In this document: piece after piece, positions 26,245-39,166 of the stretch
Layout of the letters: each line of letters opens with the position of its first letter
Position numbering within the stretch: the first letter of the stretch is position 1
Source: Paragordius varius
Lineage: Eukaryota; Animalia; Nematomorpha
Assembly: GCA_964247055.1 (NCBI GenBank)
Contig: OZ176050.1
Location: 7,564,001-7,628,000 of the forward strand
Direction of reading: 5' to 3'
Length of the DNA stretch: 64,000 bases
Made by a program: the position numbers and the translations under genes
The notes under the pieces: model-generated
What the model was told of the DNA's origin: nothing
What the model saw: only the letters and a program-made list of their open reading frames with translations
Databases searched by the model: none

Positions 26245-28387
26245 CAGTGATATCTGATGAATGTGGCAACGATAATTCCTCCTGCAACCCCATTATGCGT
26301 TCATACACTCAAAATTCACATAATTATCATAAAGGGCGATAAGCGGTCTAAGAATAATAATCGGTCCCATTAATTTATATATTAAAACCAAATCAACCAA
26401 ATAATTGAGCTTAAATGGTGTTAATAAAACTATTTGGCTTTCTTCATATTTTTCCTTGTTTTATATATAGCTTTTTGTTAAGTAATATACATTGGGAATT
26501 ACAATAAAGTAAGTATGTGATGTTACTCATTGTTTCAATTCCATTAGTTTTTTTTCCTGAAAACCGAAATATTATCTTTACCAGGATATATTGTCAATGC
26601 AAATTTATTACTATTAATGACCATGAGGTATATTCTTAGAAATTTCTTAAGCAAATGATATTTGGTATTGAAACATGCCTTGAATTGTAATAAAAGTATT
26701 TTGCACCCATATTTTGACAAATTCTTAAAATGATAGAAAGCTTTTACCATGAATTTGGGTATTACCGATTTTGGGTCAGTTTGTTTCTACAACGTTTTTG
26801 CTTTTATATCCATGACCTTTTAGAATACAAATAAAAGCCGTTCAAGTAAAATGAGTATATGAGACTGGGGCTTTGAAGCAGGGCCAAAAATGAACCGGAA
26901 CCAGGGTAATTATAGAGAGGTTGTAGGAGCGGGTTCTCAAAATTTGAAGTGAATGTAAATTTTTAGAGGTAAAATCGGGATAATTTTCGAAAATAATACC
27001 GAAACCGATAAAATTCGAAACTAGTTCTGACCATTATTCCTAAGTTGTTTCCAAATATTTTGCTTGTCTAGATAAAGATTAACTTTTACATATAATTTTT
27101 GCAAAAAATATATTGCCTCGATGCAAAAAACCTAATCAATCACCTACATTAACTATAATACCATTATTAAGCATTTATTTATGGAATTTAAAGCAATATA
27201 ATTTATTAGAAGAAATAAAAATGGGTAAATACCCCCAAAAATTTTAATACTTTACTCAAAAGATAATTTTAATGCATATCGTTCGTAAGGGGTTAAAAAT
27301 TAGTTGGTTATATATTATATATATATATATATAATATATACAAATTTGTTTACTCAGATTTTATCATGTAAAAATAGTCTTTACGGTAATAATTATCATT
27401 TTATCAATCCAAAAAAACATATAGACATAAACGTTAGAGACAACGAGAAATTTTTTGTTAAAAATGCAGGCTCTCATCAAAACTTATGGCAAAAATGTTT
27501 AAGTAAAAAAGAATGCATGAAAAATAATATCAGATAGAAGCAGATTTTTAAATTTGTAGAAATAAAAATTTCTTTTTTGTTGTTTTTTAATTTTCGATTA
27601 AATTATAGGTTAAAATTCAAAAATTTCTATTATAGCGATTAAAAATAATTTCTTAGACTTTTTAGCATAAAACATACCGATAACTGTAGATGAACAATCT
27701 ATTTTAAATATGTAATTAAACCGATATGGTTATTTGATTTGGAACAAATAGGGTAGGTTCTCAAAAATTTGAAGTGGCTTTTAAGAAAAAGGGACCAGAA
27801 CATACTATTCCAATCAGAGATCCGTATTATTGTTACGGTGGTTCCGGTAATCAAGTCCTGCAAAACACGGGTAAAAATTATCAATGATTTATTAAAATTT
27901 GGACAAAATCTTTTAACATTTATCTTATCCAAATATCTCAATTCATAAGTAGGGTTTTTTCGCATTCAATATGCCATTATCAAAGAGCTAAGGTTGATAG
28001 TTAAAAATAATATAGACTTACAAGTGCTTCGGATTCGTAAAAAGCTAACCAATGAAATATATATTACACCATGATTTCAGAATTTTGGGATGATTCGTTA
28101 AATTATAAAATAGGTTACGCATAAAAGAAATTCGAAATTACAAAATAAAATATCTAAATATACCATATCAAAACCTAGAAATATAGCAAAAAATCTTAAA
28201 ATTTTTTAATTGATGTCGTAACCATTCAATATAAACTAGAGTTTATAATTTGTTTGGGGCATTTTTTTATTAGTCGCTTATATGGCGTTACGTCCCTATT
28301 ATTTCGAATTTATGCCCAAAGTTTATCTAAAAAAATAGTCTTTTAAAAAGTACACGCTCAACCCCAAAAGTGTAACAATATCATACG

Positions 28388-30639
28388 TAAGGTGACCAGA
28401 TTTTTTGAAGGAAAAAGCGGGACAAATCTGAGAAAGGGGGGAGGGTTATGAGGTGGAGTGTACAACTAAAAATTTTTGTGCAAAAAATTTATTGTAGTAT
28501 TTGTTTAATTTTAACACAAATACATTATAAATATAAAAATTTAATTCCTTGGTATATTTTTTATTTAAGTGAATGCGTTTTAGCAGATTGTTATCATTTC
28601 ATAAAATATTGTAGGTCTTCACAAGAATTTGTCAAATTATATTTGACAGATAAAATGGTAAAGTGATAACATTTAAATTTGATTTTTCCGATGTCCACAT
28701 CTGATTTACTGTGGAAAAACGCGCTCAGTAGCAGCGTTGGTTCCACGTAAAGATAATGCAAATTCTACAATTAAAATATTGTATGGAACATAGTTTGTTT
28801 CAAAATTATAAATTCCAACCATTTCTTTCCTAGTGTATTTTTTTCTGTTCTCAATAATTTAAGTTTTTCATTATTATTATATTTTATAACTAATGATACT
28901 TTAGAAAAAAGATATTTTCTGAAAGGTTACTTTTTGGGAATTTTTGGGAGATTCAGAAATGATTTTTGAACATCGCACCAATTAAATTATGGTTTTAATG
29001 TTATCCAATGAAAATGATCAACTTCATTAAATTGCACCGTCCAGTCTTCCAATAATCTTTACAGTTTGTATAAAACATTTTTAATGGTACAGAATATCTT
29101 GGTGATTTATAAGCCTTGTTTTTCTAAATTATTTATAATATTGCGGATTGTTACTGGTGTAACTTCCTTGGCTACTTCGATTGCCGAAGTTTTGCATTTT
29201 GAAAGAGAGAAGCTTGATTATGTAGGAACTCTAACCATATTGAAGAATCACTTTTAAAATACTTTTCCAAAGTTGTAGGACATTTGTCCTGTGATAAAAA
29301 ATAGGATTTTAAAGGATCATTTTTTACAATTCCTTCGATAGCTGGCAGAAGAGCAAACCAACGAGTTTTACAATATCCATGCATATTTTAATATTGAACT
29401 TCTGCAATTGCACGGAATTTCTTAAGCGTTTCAACGCGTACCATGTACATAAAAATAGGAATATACCTTAACAACTACATTTTCCACATCTAGGGGTAAC
29501 AAATCAGCAGCTGTTTGAATAGCGTTGTGTGTTATATGCGCTACACACCCAACGTCAATAATGTTTTGATTAAGATTATCTGCTAATTAATAATTATTTT
29601 TTTCTCCACTCCTTGCTTTTCCACCGAAGTTCGTATTGGTGTTGTCACCGCAATATGCGATGATTTTGTCTTTTAAATTATTTTTTCCAATATTCATTAT
29701 TGAAGTAAAATTATGTCGGAATTCGCACCGGGTAGATAAATAAAATTTATTTTAATTTTACTCCGGTTTCTGGACCAAAATATTTTATTAACGTCGGAAA
29801 TAATTTTGTTTCCTGATTTGATACATCAGAGTATGGCGATATGAAATTAATTTTCAGCAAATCTTTTTGTATTCAGAAAATACATGTGGCGAAAGGACAT
29901 TCAATGGCTTCAACCTTTGTACGGGCACGAATAACATGTGAGGTACAATCCATAGATCTAAAGGAATGATTGTGATTAACGGCGTGAAAAGATAAAACGC
30001 TTTCGGCTAGTGCCAAATTCTTTTCTTCCTCAAAGCGGTTTTACGATAAAAATCGCTCATTTTGTAAGATGATGCCACCCTATCTTTTTTATGTTTCGGT
30101 GCTTCCATATGCTTTGTAATATCATGCTTACCGCCATGTGGTAGGGTGAACCCCTCACATAAAGCATTTAACAAATGATTCCTTCTTCGTTTTTTCGATA
30201 AAAGGAAATTCTTTCATTAAATCGTCGTTAAATTTACAACCTCTTTTTGTACTCATATTTTAAACTAATATTAATATAAAAAAATATTATATTACCTTAA
30301 TTTTCTGGAGTAAACGTATAAGCTACCGATTTGTGATATTAATTTGTCTTCTTGATAATGTTGGCAGTAGGATTAGGAAGTAAAGTGTATAATCATATGA
30401 TATAAATTTGAAAAAAATAAATATTTTTAATTTAAAAATAAAAAAATTTTTAAAATTGATATAGATTTTAAAGATAACTAATGATAAAAAATTTAAACGG
30501 ATAAAAAAATAAAATTTTTAATAAAAAATTTAAATGTATTTAAAAAATTATTTTATATAATCGTGAAAAAGCGGGACATTTCAAAAACGCAGCGGGACGC
30601 GGGACAAAGTGTGAAAAAGCGGGACGTCTGGTTACCTTA
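28388..30639 (-). mobile_element. hAT (Tip100-like) copy 2, 2252 bp, with decayed transposase
   Basis: Same TIRs as copy 1. Perfect 8-bp TSD ATCATACG at 28380-28387 and 30640-30647. Transposase fragment HGYCKTRWFALLPAIEGI...LKSYFLSQDKCP; colinear with copy 1. Confidence 0.93.
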
Positions 30640-30948
30640 ATCATACGCCTATAATTACTGTTGTATTTAGGTTAGTACAATTTGCCAACGTTAATCCCTT
30701 GATAGCCATTAATTTTATTGGAATATATCAATTTTGATGAAAACAATTTTAGTAAAAAAATATAAAAGCTGTTGTTTTTATCGTAATAACAGCAATATAA
30801 AATAAATCATTGGCGTAAAAAATTTGTTTTAATGAAATATTTATTGACAGATCTAAATATAAAACAAAGTATACAACACCTTGTAACAATATATAGAAAT
30901 AGCAGGATCAAGCATGAACAATTTCATTAACATTCAATCAATCACCTT

Positions 30949-32251
30949 TTAATTCCATTGTTTTTGTTGGGTAAATCTGGATCGTAATCTCTTGGATGTT
31001 CTCTTTCGACCCCGTTTTATATTTTTTACTTCATATTCTGCCGATAAATTTTGACTGTGTACATATACATTGGCAGTACTTTCAAGCGAATCAGTAGTTA
31101 TAGTACTGTAAGAAGAATGTTGCGGGACAAAAAATTTATTTGGACTATATTTTTTTGGCATGATATTAATGCGTGATTTAACAAAGGTTTTGGACGGTGA
31201 AACGTTAAACGAACTTTGAGGTTTGTTTTTCTTAGCATCAATGTTATTTATCTCCTCCTTTTGTTTGTTTAATAATAAATCTTTACAGTCCATGGAAAAA
31301 TTTTCATAGTATTTTTGCTTAATATTTGACGTGTTTTGATTTGTAAGAATGGTTAAATTCGTGAAGGTATCATTAACATTTTTTATTTTTTGCTCTAATG
31401 ATTCGAGCTCCGTTTTTAAAAGAATATCAGCTCTATGATCTCGACTATCTATCAATTCCATTAATTTTAAGTTAAAAATTGATGATATTTGACGTTGACT
31501 TTCTGAAAACTAAAATAAATGAGAAAAATACGAATTTGGAAATGTGAGTTAAGTATCGCTTTTCTTGCAAATTAAATTTTTCATCCATGTAATTAAATAA
31601 TCGTTCAATCAGGCCTGTTTTTTCAGTTTTTTGATTTTTTATATCCATAATTGCTGACATTATTTTGGTGCTTTTATCTTAAATGTTTATAAATTAAATA
31701 ACTTTGATCATGTTTATCAATTATGTGCTGTGTGTTTTTGATTTCACCCTACTACTATATTTTTTAATACTTTTATAGTATTAATTTCCTTTAAAATCTT
31801 TTCTTTATCATTATGATCTTCTTTAAAATATTTGTCGATATTAAAGTTAACTATTATTAGAGTTTATTTTACTTTCATTAATAAGCTTCTCGTTTTTAAT
31901 AAGATCTAATTTATGTTTTTCACAATCTTCAATATGATTTCTTATAAGATACTCAATATGATTTAATTTGTCCCTAAATTTTATTAGTAAATTATAACTT
32001 AATATCTTTGTCCCTTTGTCCCGAATAAAAGCGTTCAAATTTATCAAGTTTTTTATCGATTGATTGTGGAGGTTGTTGAGAGTTAGTTAAATACTTCCCA
32101 AAACCTTTATTGTTATCCTTTAATTAAATTTAATAACAACTGAATTTTTTGAGTAGGATTCCCAAGAATTTTGTGAATATCCTCTTTGCGAATAATCGCT
32201 TATCGAAGAGTTGGCATCTATTCCAGAATCTTGCGTACACTGACTCAACAT
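30949..32251 (-). CDS. Orphan coiled-coil protein, 387 aa, 7 exons separated only by 22-25-nt introns
   Basis: Exons 32251-32141, 32117-31999, 31973-31873, 31850-31771, 31748-31703, 31677-31532, 31509-30949. GT-AG introns of 23, 25, 22, 22, 25 and 22 nt join several short ORFs into one stop-free 1164-nt frame. S/Q-rich N-terminus, long K/E/L/I-rich helical middle, basic C-terminus KRGRKRTSKRLRSR. Confidence 0.8.
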
Positions 32252-32522
32252 ATTTATTTGTTTAGGCAGACAATTTTTACAGTTATCGTCTGCTTATTAC
32301 CATCAACATTGCCATGATTTATTTAATTTTTAGTTAATTATTAATATAACAAATTTTTTTCATAAGTTGGGACAAATACATATATATACAATTAAATATT
32401 GTGTTAAAATCTGTTTTTAGATAAATGTCTGGGAAATCATTAATTTGGTTTCGTATACAATCGATAATAATTATTGAAAATAAGCTTATGCTTTCAAAAT
32501 AGGTAAAAACACTTAACACGAA

Positions 32523-33862
32523 TCAAAGTGTTTTGTTAATTAATTGTGTGGCCAACTTTTTTGATTTACACGGGCAGCATTCTGGATAAGGAAGGGAATT
32601 GTTTTGTAACTTTTCAATATCATCAGTTTCACATATCCCACAACTAAAACGATGAATCAAATATACCGATATAAATAATATGGATTGTATTTAACTATAA
32701 ATATTATTTTCACAATAACCATTGTTTGTGATAAATATATGAATAAATCTGCACATTTTTTCGCACATCATTTTATTTCATTTTAGATTGTCAATTTAAC
32801 TTAAAAATGTGGATTTGTATAAAAACTTAATATATTTTAAATTCAATAAAGTGTGGTCATAATCAAAGGAAACCAGTTGTTTTTAAAAAATATTTGTGTT
32901 AAATATTGGAAAAAATCAATATATTTATATGAGACATTCAAAAAATCTGCATCTTTCAAATTCAAAAAGGGAAAATTTATATATATGGGGATTTTTAAAC
33001 AATATAAGTCCCTAAAGTCTTATCTTTGCGCCATTTTCAGAAAACGTGTGTGCCTTCAGATTCAATCATATACTTTTTAATTTTTCTTTAATGCGCCAAA
33101 AGTCGATCTACTTTTTGATTTAGCCCCAATAGCCGCTCCTTCACAAAATGACTTCTTTAAAATAACAAGTCCCCAAAAATTTTTAAAGTAATTTTTGTCC
33201 CAATTTATGAGTCTGTATAAAATAAATAATAGTTTAAGGCACTGGCTGCATAAAGGGAAATATTTAGCTAACATCTATTTATTAGTGACTGAGTACCATT
33301 TTAAAATACACTACCATATAAAATAGCTTTGAAGGGGCAAAACCTAGGGGAGAAAAGCGATTGATTAACGGCTTTAGTTATTTTTCAAAAAAATGCCAAA
33401 ATTCAAAATATTATTGCTAGATGTTAAATTTACCTATTTATATGAATCGAAATAACATCCTCATCTAGGCTGCAATGAGCTTCAACACAATTATCAACGA
33501 CGGTTTCATTTATTGGGATAGGTTTCGTAAATAGCTCGCTTTGGCATGAGGTGACATTTGCTAAAATAATATGTAACAGATTTTAGTGTATAAACTACAT
33601 TTGTCATATATAAGGGTAAAATTGTGGAAACCTTTACTTTAGAATGTAAATAGCGAATTAAATTATGATACAAAAAAATAAATGCATGAATATTGAGTAT
33701 TAAGCGTGTTTTGGCTAAATGATACCCCAAATTTACAATAGAAATTTTGCATTGATACTTACCTGAAACCGAATCAATTAGTTTATATTTTTCATAAAAT
33801 GTTGCCGCAGATAGTAAATTATATAATAATACATTTAAAATTATGAAATATGGAAATTTCAT
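32523..33862 (-). CDS. Secreted single-VWC (SVWC-like) protein B, 115 aa, 8 Cys
   Basis: Exons 33862-33763, 33560-33434, 32643-32523 (phases 1 and 2). Protein MKFPYFIILNVLLYNLLSAATFYEKYKLIDSVSANVTSCQSELFTKPIPINETVVDNCVEAHCSLDEDVISIHINSCGICETDDIEKLQNNSLPYPECCPCKSKKLATQLINKTL*. Confidence 0.85.
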
Positions 33863-34639
33863 TATATTAATTAAAAATGTTTAGCTGTTAAAAATCAGAA
33901 TTTTTATGTTGTCTATAAAGAATATACATTTATATTTTTGGTAGAGGATTAAAATATAGCCTTAAGAGCAAAATATTTTCCGAATTTTTAAAGAAAACAA
34001 AAAGATATAAATATTTTTGGACACTTACAAAAATAAAAGCATGTGTATTACTCACTAAGAACAAACACAAACAAAAACACTTACGAATAGTTTATCTTTA
34101 GCATTCCCGCTTTATAATTAATAACTACCATATTTTTAATATTATTAAGCAATGATTCTAAGATATTACAAAAAAAGATGATTAATAGTATGAAAAATAA
34201 AATTTAGGTGAAAATATGGCAAACTCTTAATCTTTGCAACAAGGCTGTTTAACAAAATACCTTCACGGGTCATATTTTTTGCTCAAAAAATTTGCTGGGT
34301 CGTATTTTGAAATAAGTCTTAACATGCGCGAAAATTTATATTTTATTGTTGTCTTCAAACATGGGAGGGATAAAAAAATTTTTACCCAACTAATTCATAC
34401 TACTTAGATTTTAGATCATAATATTTTCGCAAATTATATTAATTTTATTTCTTTTTTAAATTTTTCGCGGGCTGCTTAGATTGTTGCAAGGTCAGCATGT
34501 ATGACATGCTGTTTTACCAACAAAATCACATTTAAGTATTAATTGAGTGGTTATCGTTATGATTTTATTTATAAGCGGTGCCTTATAAATCGTCAAAACG
34601 CAACTCTAGTTTAGTATTTAATGCAAACGAAAATCATTC

Positions 34640-35131
34640 TTATTGTTATGTTATTATAGCAAAATCGTTGTCGATTTATTGCTCTTTCGAAGGTATATTT
34701 TCTCCAGTTTATTCGATTATAAGCGAGTGCTGTTAGCTGTTGTAAAGAAAGATTGGTTTCTTTGGTTAGGTTTTCGATCCAGCACATCTTGCAGCGTCCA
34801 CGTTTCCTGTATCCTTCGACCTTGTCTGTCATTAGTTGGAATTCCAAGTCATTAACTCTGGTAATGTGACCAAAGTATGATAATTTCATTTTGAGGCACA
34901 TGCCAATCAGGTGTATCTCGGGATTTATTTTCTCAAGGATTACAGTGTTCTTTATTTTGTCTTTCCAAGTGATTCGAAGTATCTTCCGCCAGCACCAGAT
35001 TTCGAAGGCGTTAATGTATTTTTCGTCATCCTTTTTTATTGTCCAACTTTCTGACGCGTATAGAATGCTAGGGAATTATAGGGATTTAACTAATCGGATT
35101 TTTGTTTTGAGTTTGATGTCGTGTGACGACC
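34640..35131 (-). mobile_element. 5-prime-truncated RTE-clade LINE (3-prime end of the RT ORF)
   Basis: IRLVKSL*FPSILYASESWTIKK...INAFEIWCWRKILRITW...LSYFGHITR...GYRKRGR...W is the typical RTE/BovB-type C-terminal region. One in-frame stop; short TAACA-like tail. Confidence 0.88.
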
Positions 35132-36319
35132 ATAAACTAAGTAAATTTTATCTTTTGTGTTCTTACTACTTAAATCTTTTCGAATTTCCCTTTATTGGCG
35201 GCAAAAATCAGTAATTATTTATTTGATTATGTAACTTATAGATGTTTAATTACCCCGACTTAAAATGGCAATTCGCTACTTTTGAACAATTTTAGGATTA
35301 AAGTAACACATTCTAGAATAGCGTATGATATTGTCATATTTAAATAAACAAAATAACCGTTAAAATATTGGCAAAAAACTTTTAGGTCCCTTAAAAAATG
35401 CATGGTGGCGAAATGTAAGAGCCAGTGTGGTTATAGAATTGAAACAACTAAGCTAGTTTAAAAATCTTATTTCTTTGAAACCAGTTCCTATATAGTATCA
35501 GTTGATTATACTAAAGCAAATATATTTCCATTGCGACCGAAATCGGGGAAATAAAAAATATCCTGATGAAAAAATATTCTGGAAGAAAATTGTACTAGAT
35601 TATCATAGTACATTGCTTTCAACAATTTAACACTTCAACCTTTTCATTCTTTTGCATGCGAATACATTTTGGGATACTTTTCCATCTCTTAGCTTAAATT
35701 AGTAAGCCCACAACTGGGTTGAAAGTTATTTTGGTTAAAATTTTATACACTTCTCTCACGTATTAAGTAAAAAGACTTATATTTTCTACAGTTTCTTGAC
35801 CTAGAATCACAAATTCAGATAGCTCCAAAACACAATCAAAATGACCAATTGATACTATAATACTAGTCGTGAAATTCAAACTTTTGACCACCACCACTGA
35901 AATTTTAATAGACTAATTTCAGTCTAAAACAATCTGAATCCTCCCAATCAGAATTTTGAGATACGTTTAAAATTTTTCAGAAACAAAAAAAAATACACAG
36001 AACATCAATCATAACTTTATAATAAAGTTGCACGCTATTTTTATTTGACAAAATTTTTGCAAAATATCGTGTTTATTTGATTCTATGCGTAAAATTTAGA
36101 TTACTCTTTAATTAAAATCGTATATAATATTGATATAAAGAAAAGTGGTATTATTTCCATTATTTTTATATTTGGCTTATGCGCACATATGTTGGCTGAT
36201 ACTTTATCTTTGAGTTTGCATCTGAAAAGAAAATAATCAAGTTTAAATGATTTTATATTTGGGTTCATTAATGTTTAATTTTGCTATGGTTTCAATTTAT
36301 TCAATATGAAATAACATTC

Positions 36320-37330
36320 CGTCCAAAATCGGGGTATGAAAAAAAACCTGATGTATATATTCTGATAGGAAAATGTATCAGGATTATTATGGTGTTTTGT
36401 TTTTGGATTTTACGAGTGAATAAGAAATATTTACGTGCTCCACACCAGTAAATGGAAAAATCTGCGAACATTTTGTAAACTAAGGCTTCATTTTATGAAT
36501 GTCACTAAAATATATCAGACTCCATATAAAAAACAAAACAAAATTTAAAATAATTTATAGATGTAAGGTCCAAAAGCTCCAATCTTTTGTGCTTATCTAA
36601 ATTAGGCTAAATCGCAAAAATGCTGGGATTGTATAATATAAATTTAAAATATATACCAAATTTTGATATCAAATAATATTTATATTTGAAAATTTAAGCA
36701 AAGTTTTGTTGAAGGGTGATTCAGACTATTATGAGTAATGATGGAAACGGTTTTAAAACACTTTAAGATATCATAAAAACAGTTTTAATATATATCTTCT
36801 AATACAGAATATTTCTAGCACCTCAAAGTTTGGGATAAAGCATTCGTTCTTCATAAAAATTTATGTAAACATTGTGTTTTTACATAAATCAAATTTTTTT
36901 TAGCAAATAAACATTTAAATTAAACTTAGATAGAAATGATTATACCGTTTCCATCATGCCTCAAAATAGTATTAAGGTTTAATAAAATTTTGTTAACCCT
37001 AAATTTCTCAAAAAAAATATCCATTTTTTAAGAAAAAATAAAATATTTTTATTGATATATAAATCTAGATATAATTAAAAAATCACATTCCGGAATTCTT
37101 TCTTTTATTTAAAGAGAACTTCCTACATTTGATAACAAAATAATTTATTATCGGAGCCCACATCTAAAAATTATAATTATAGAAAATATTATTTCGCTTT
37201 TTATATGTAGTCTATCATATTTTAGTGATTATATTTAAAATTAGGCCTCTGGCTTTCACCAAATATTTTTAAAAATTTTTCTATTTCCTGATATGAGGTT
37301 CTTTTAAAAATGATGGTAAATATCACTGGC
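36320..37330. mobile_element. Long-TIR MITE family copy
   Basis: Left arm TCCGTCCAAAATCGGGG...CCTGATGTATATATTCTGATAGG, shared internal blocks, right-arm GCTTTCACCAAAT. Further partial copies at about 35535, 39380-39530, 47100-47290 and 56200-56890. Confidence 0.55.
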
Positions 37331-37994
37331 AAAGGCCGAAATTGATAACACCAACATAATCCTGTTACATTATCTATTATATTAAATTCAGCTTAAACAT
37401 TAGATACTTTTAGAACGTTGAAACTTATTTGGGAAAAAACAATTCCAAAGGCTAACTGAGTGTTAAACAAATATTTTTTGTGGATAAAAGCGTAATTTCT
37501 AAAAATATATTGAAAAAATTTTGTGGAGCATATATGTAGCTAAAGTCGTGGTCGATTTTTAGCTTTTGGTAGGTAAAGATTGGTAAATTTTCTCTGCTGT
37601 AGTTGCTTCAGAAAAACTTTTCTTGGTATAATTTGGTTTATAAATTTTTTAACGCGCAATCTCCGCCTTTTCGCTTTTTGTTTACGAGAACCTGCCGATT
37701 TCTGACGAGTCCAAAAATTTGAGACTTTCGGAATAAGCACTTAAATCTTTGCAATATAATAATGTTTTACATGTAGTTTATGGTTTATTTTAGTTATATT
37801 TAGCGTAAAGCTCAGCTCAAAACCTTTATTTAATGGGCAAATTTTGACATTTTCTGATATGGAACTGTTATTACAAAAATAATAATAACTATCTTATATT
37901 GTTGTAAGGGAGAAATTCAAAAACAGTGTGATAATCCTAATACTCTCCATCAATATAATATATTTCATCAGGAAATTTTTTTGGGCACTGAGTT

Positions 37995-39166
37995 ATGATA
38001 TATTTTATTTTGACACATTTTTCACTCCCTACAACAATAAACACATGTTTATTTTATTTAAATTTTTAAAAATATTTTTTAACTTTTGTTTTTTTATTTA
38101 CTTTTTAGCTTTGCACTATTATTATTCTGTATTGTATAATATAAAAGAATTATGGGAGGCCCCTAAACTCGCTAAGATAACGACAAAGAATAAAAACATT
38201 GTTATAACTGGGGCTACCACTGGCATTGGATTAGAAACTGTAAAACAATTATGTCGACCAAATTACAAAATTATTATTGGTTCAAATATATACGGAGAAG
38301 TGGAATTACTTTTAAAGAAGTCACATTCTATTATTTTTGAACATTTGAATTTAGAAGATTCTCAATCTATATTTAACTTTGTTGATAAAGTTGTAGAATG
38401 TTTTGATGATGTTGATATTATATATAATAATGCCGGCGTCGCATTATATCCCAATTATTCTGATGAAAAAATAGTTACCATAAGTGATATAAAGATAAGT
38501 GATGCAACTTTCATTATAAATTTTTTGGGTCATACACTTTTAACTCTTTATTTGTTATACAGAATCAGGGTAAAAAAGCCAGATAAATATCAATTTACCC
38601 CAATAAGAATCATTAATACATCATCCGTTTTGCATAAAATAGCATGGCTTGATTTATTTAATCTAGATGCATCTACCTATTACTCTCCGCATGCTTTTTA
38701 CGGTCGCTCGAAACTTGCTGTTACAACCTGGACCAAAGCTCTTACGAAAGCTTTTCAGAATTCAAACAGCTACAAATCAATATGTTTATACTCATTTCAT
38801 CCTGGTATTGTTTATAATGAAAGATTGTACGCTCTTTTCCACCCCTTAATTGTTAAAACCGTTATTATAATTCATAAACTTGGACTTTTAAAAACCAATT
38901 TCCGAGCTAGTCAAAATTTATTGTATCTCGGATTCGACGAAATTACAGTTCCGAAATTGCCCGGTGCTTATTTTGAAAATATGGAGCCTGTTAAGCCTAA
39001 TAAATGTGCATTAGATATCCAAAGTCAATATGAAGTTCTGAAATTAACGGTAGATTATGCCAAACAATGTTATCGAATTCACAAAAATACGATTTATGAC
39101 GAAAATGGGCTAACCTTTGATGCCTTTTTGGATGATATTTTTAAAAATTTTCTGTTAAATCCTTAG
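37995..39166 (+). CDS. DHRSX: Short-chain dehydrogenase/reductase, DHRSX-like (RDH11-14/DHRSX group)
   Basis: TGATTGIG Rossmann motif, NNAG, NFLGH, NTSS, catalytic YGRSK within YSPHAFYGRSKLA (human DHRSX has YSPHAAYAQSKLA), HPG. Probable start ATG 37995 with intron 38047-38108; a possible in-frame 21-nt intron at 38474-38494. Orthology is from recalled similarity only. Confidence 0.75.

Noticed and set aside
27358-27889. Possible plus-strand spliced gene (ILSCKNSLYG...NLWQKCL / EQSILNM / VGSQKFEVAF...GKNYQ*)
   Set aside because: Phases can be made to fit, but there is no start exon or recognisable domain, and the GGTTCTCAAAATTTGAAGTG block recurs at about 26930 in repeat-like context. Left unresolved.
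33506-33862. 118-aa ORF taken as a complete gene
   Set aside because: The first 100 nt are exon 1 of SVWC-B, followed by a GTAAGT donor; the rest is intron and an off-frame reading of exon 2.
34640-35131. Calling the LINE a horizontally acquired BovB
   Set aside because: Similarity to BovB is only at the level of shared RTE-clade protein motifs; no nucleotide-level evidence is available here.
34891-35214. 107-aa plus-strand ORF
   Set aside because: Antisense shadow of the RTE LINE fragment.
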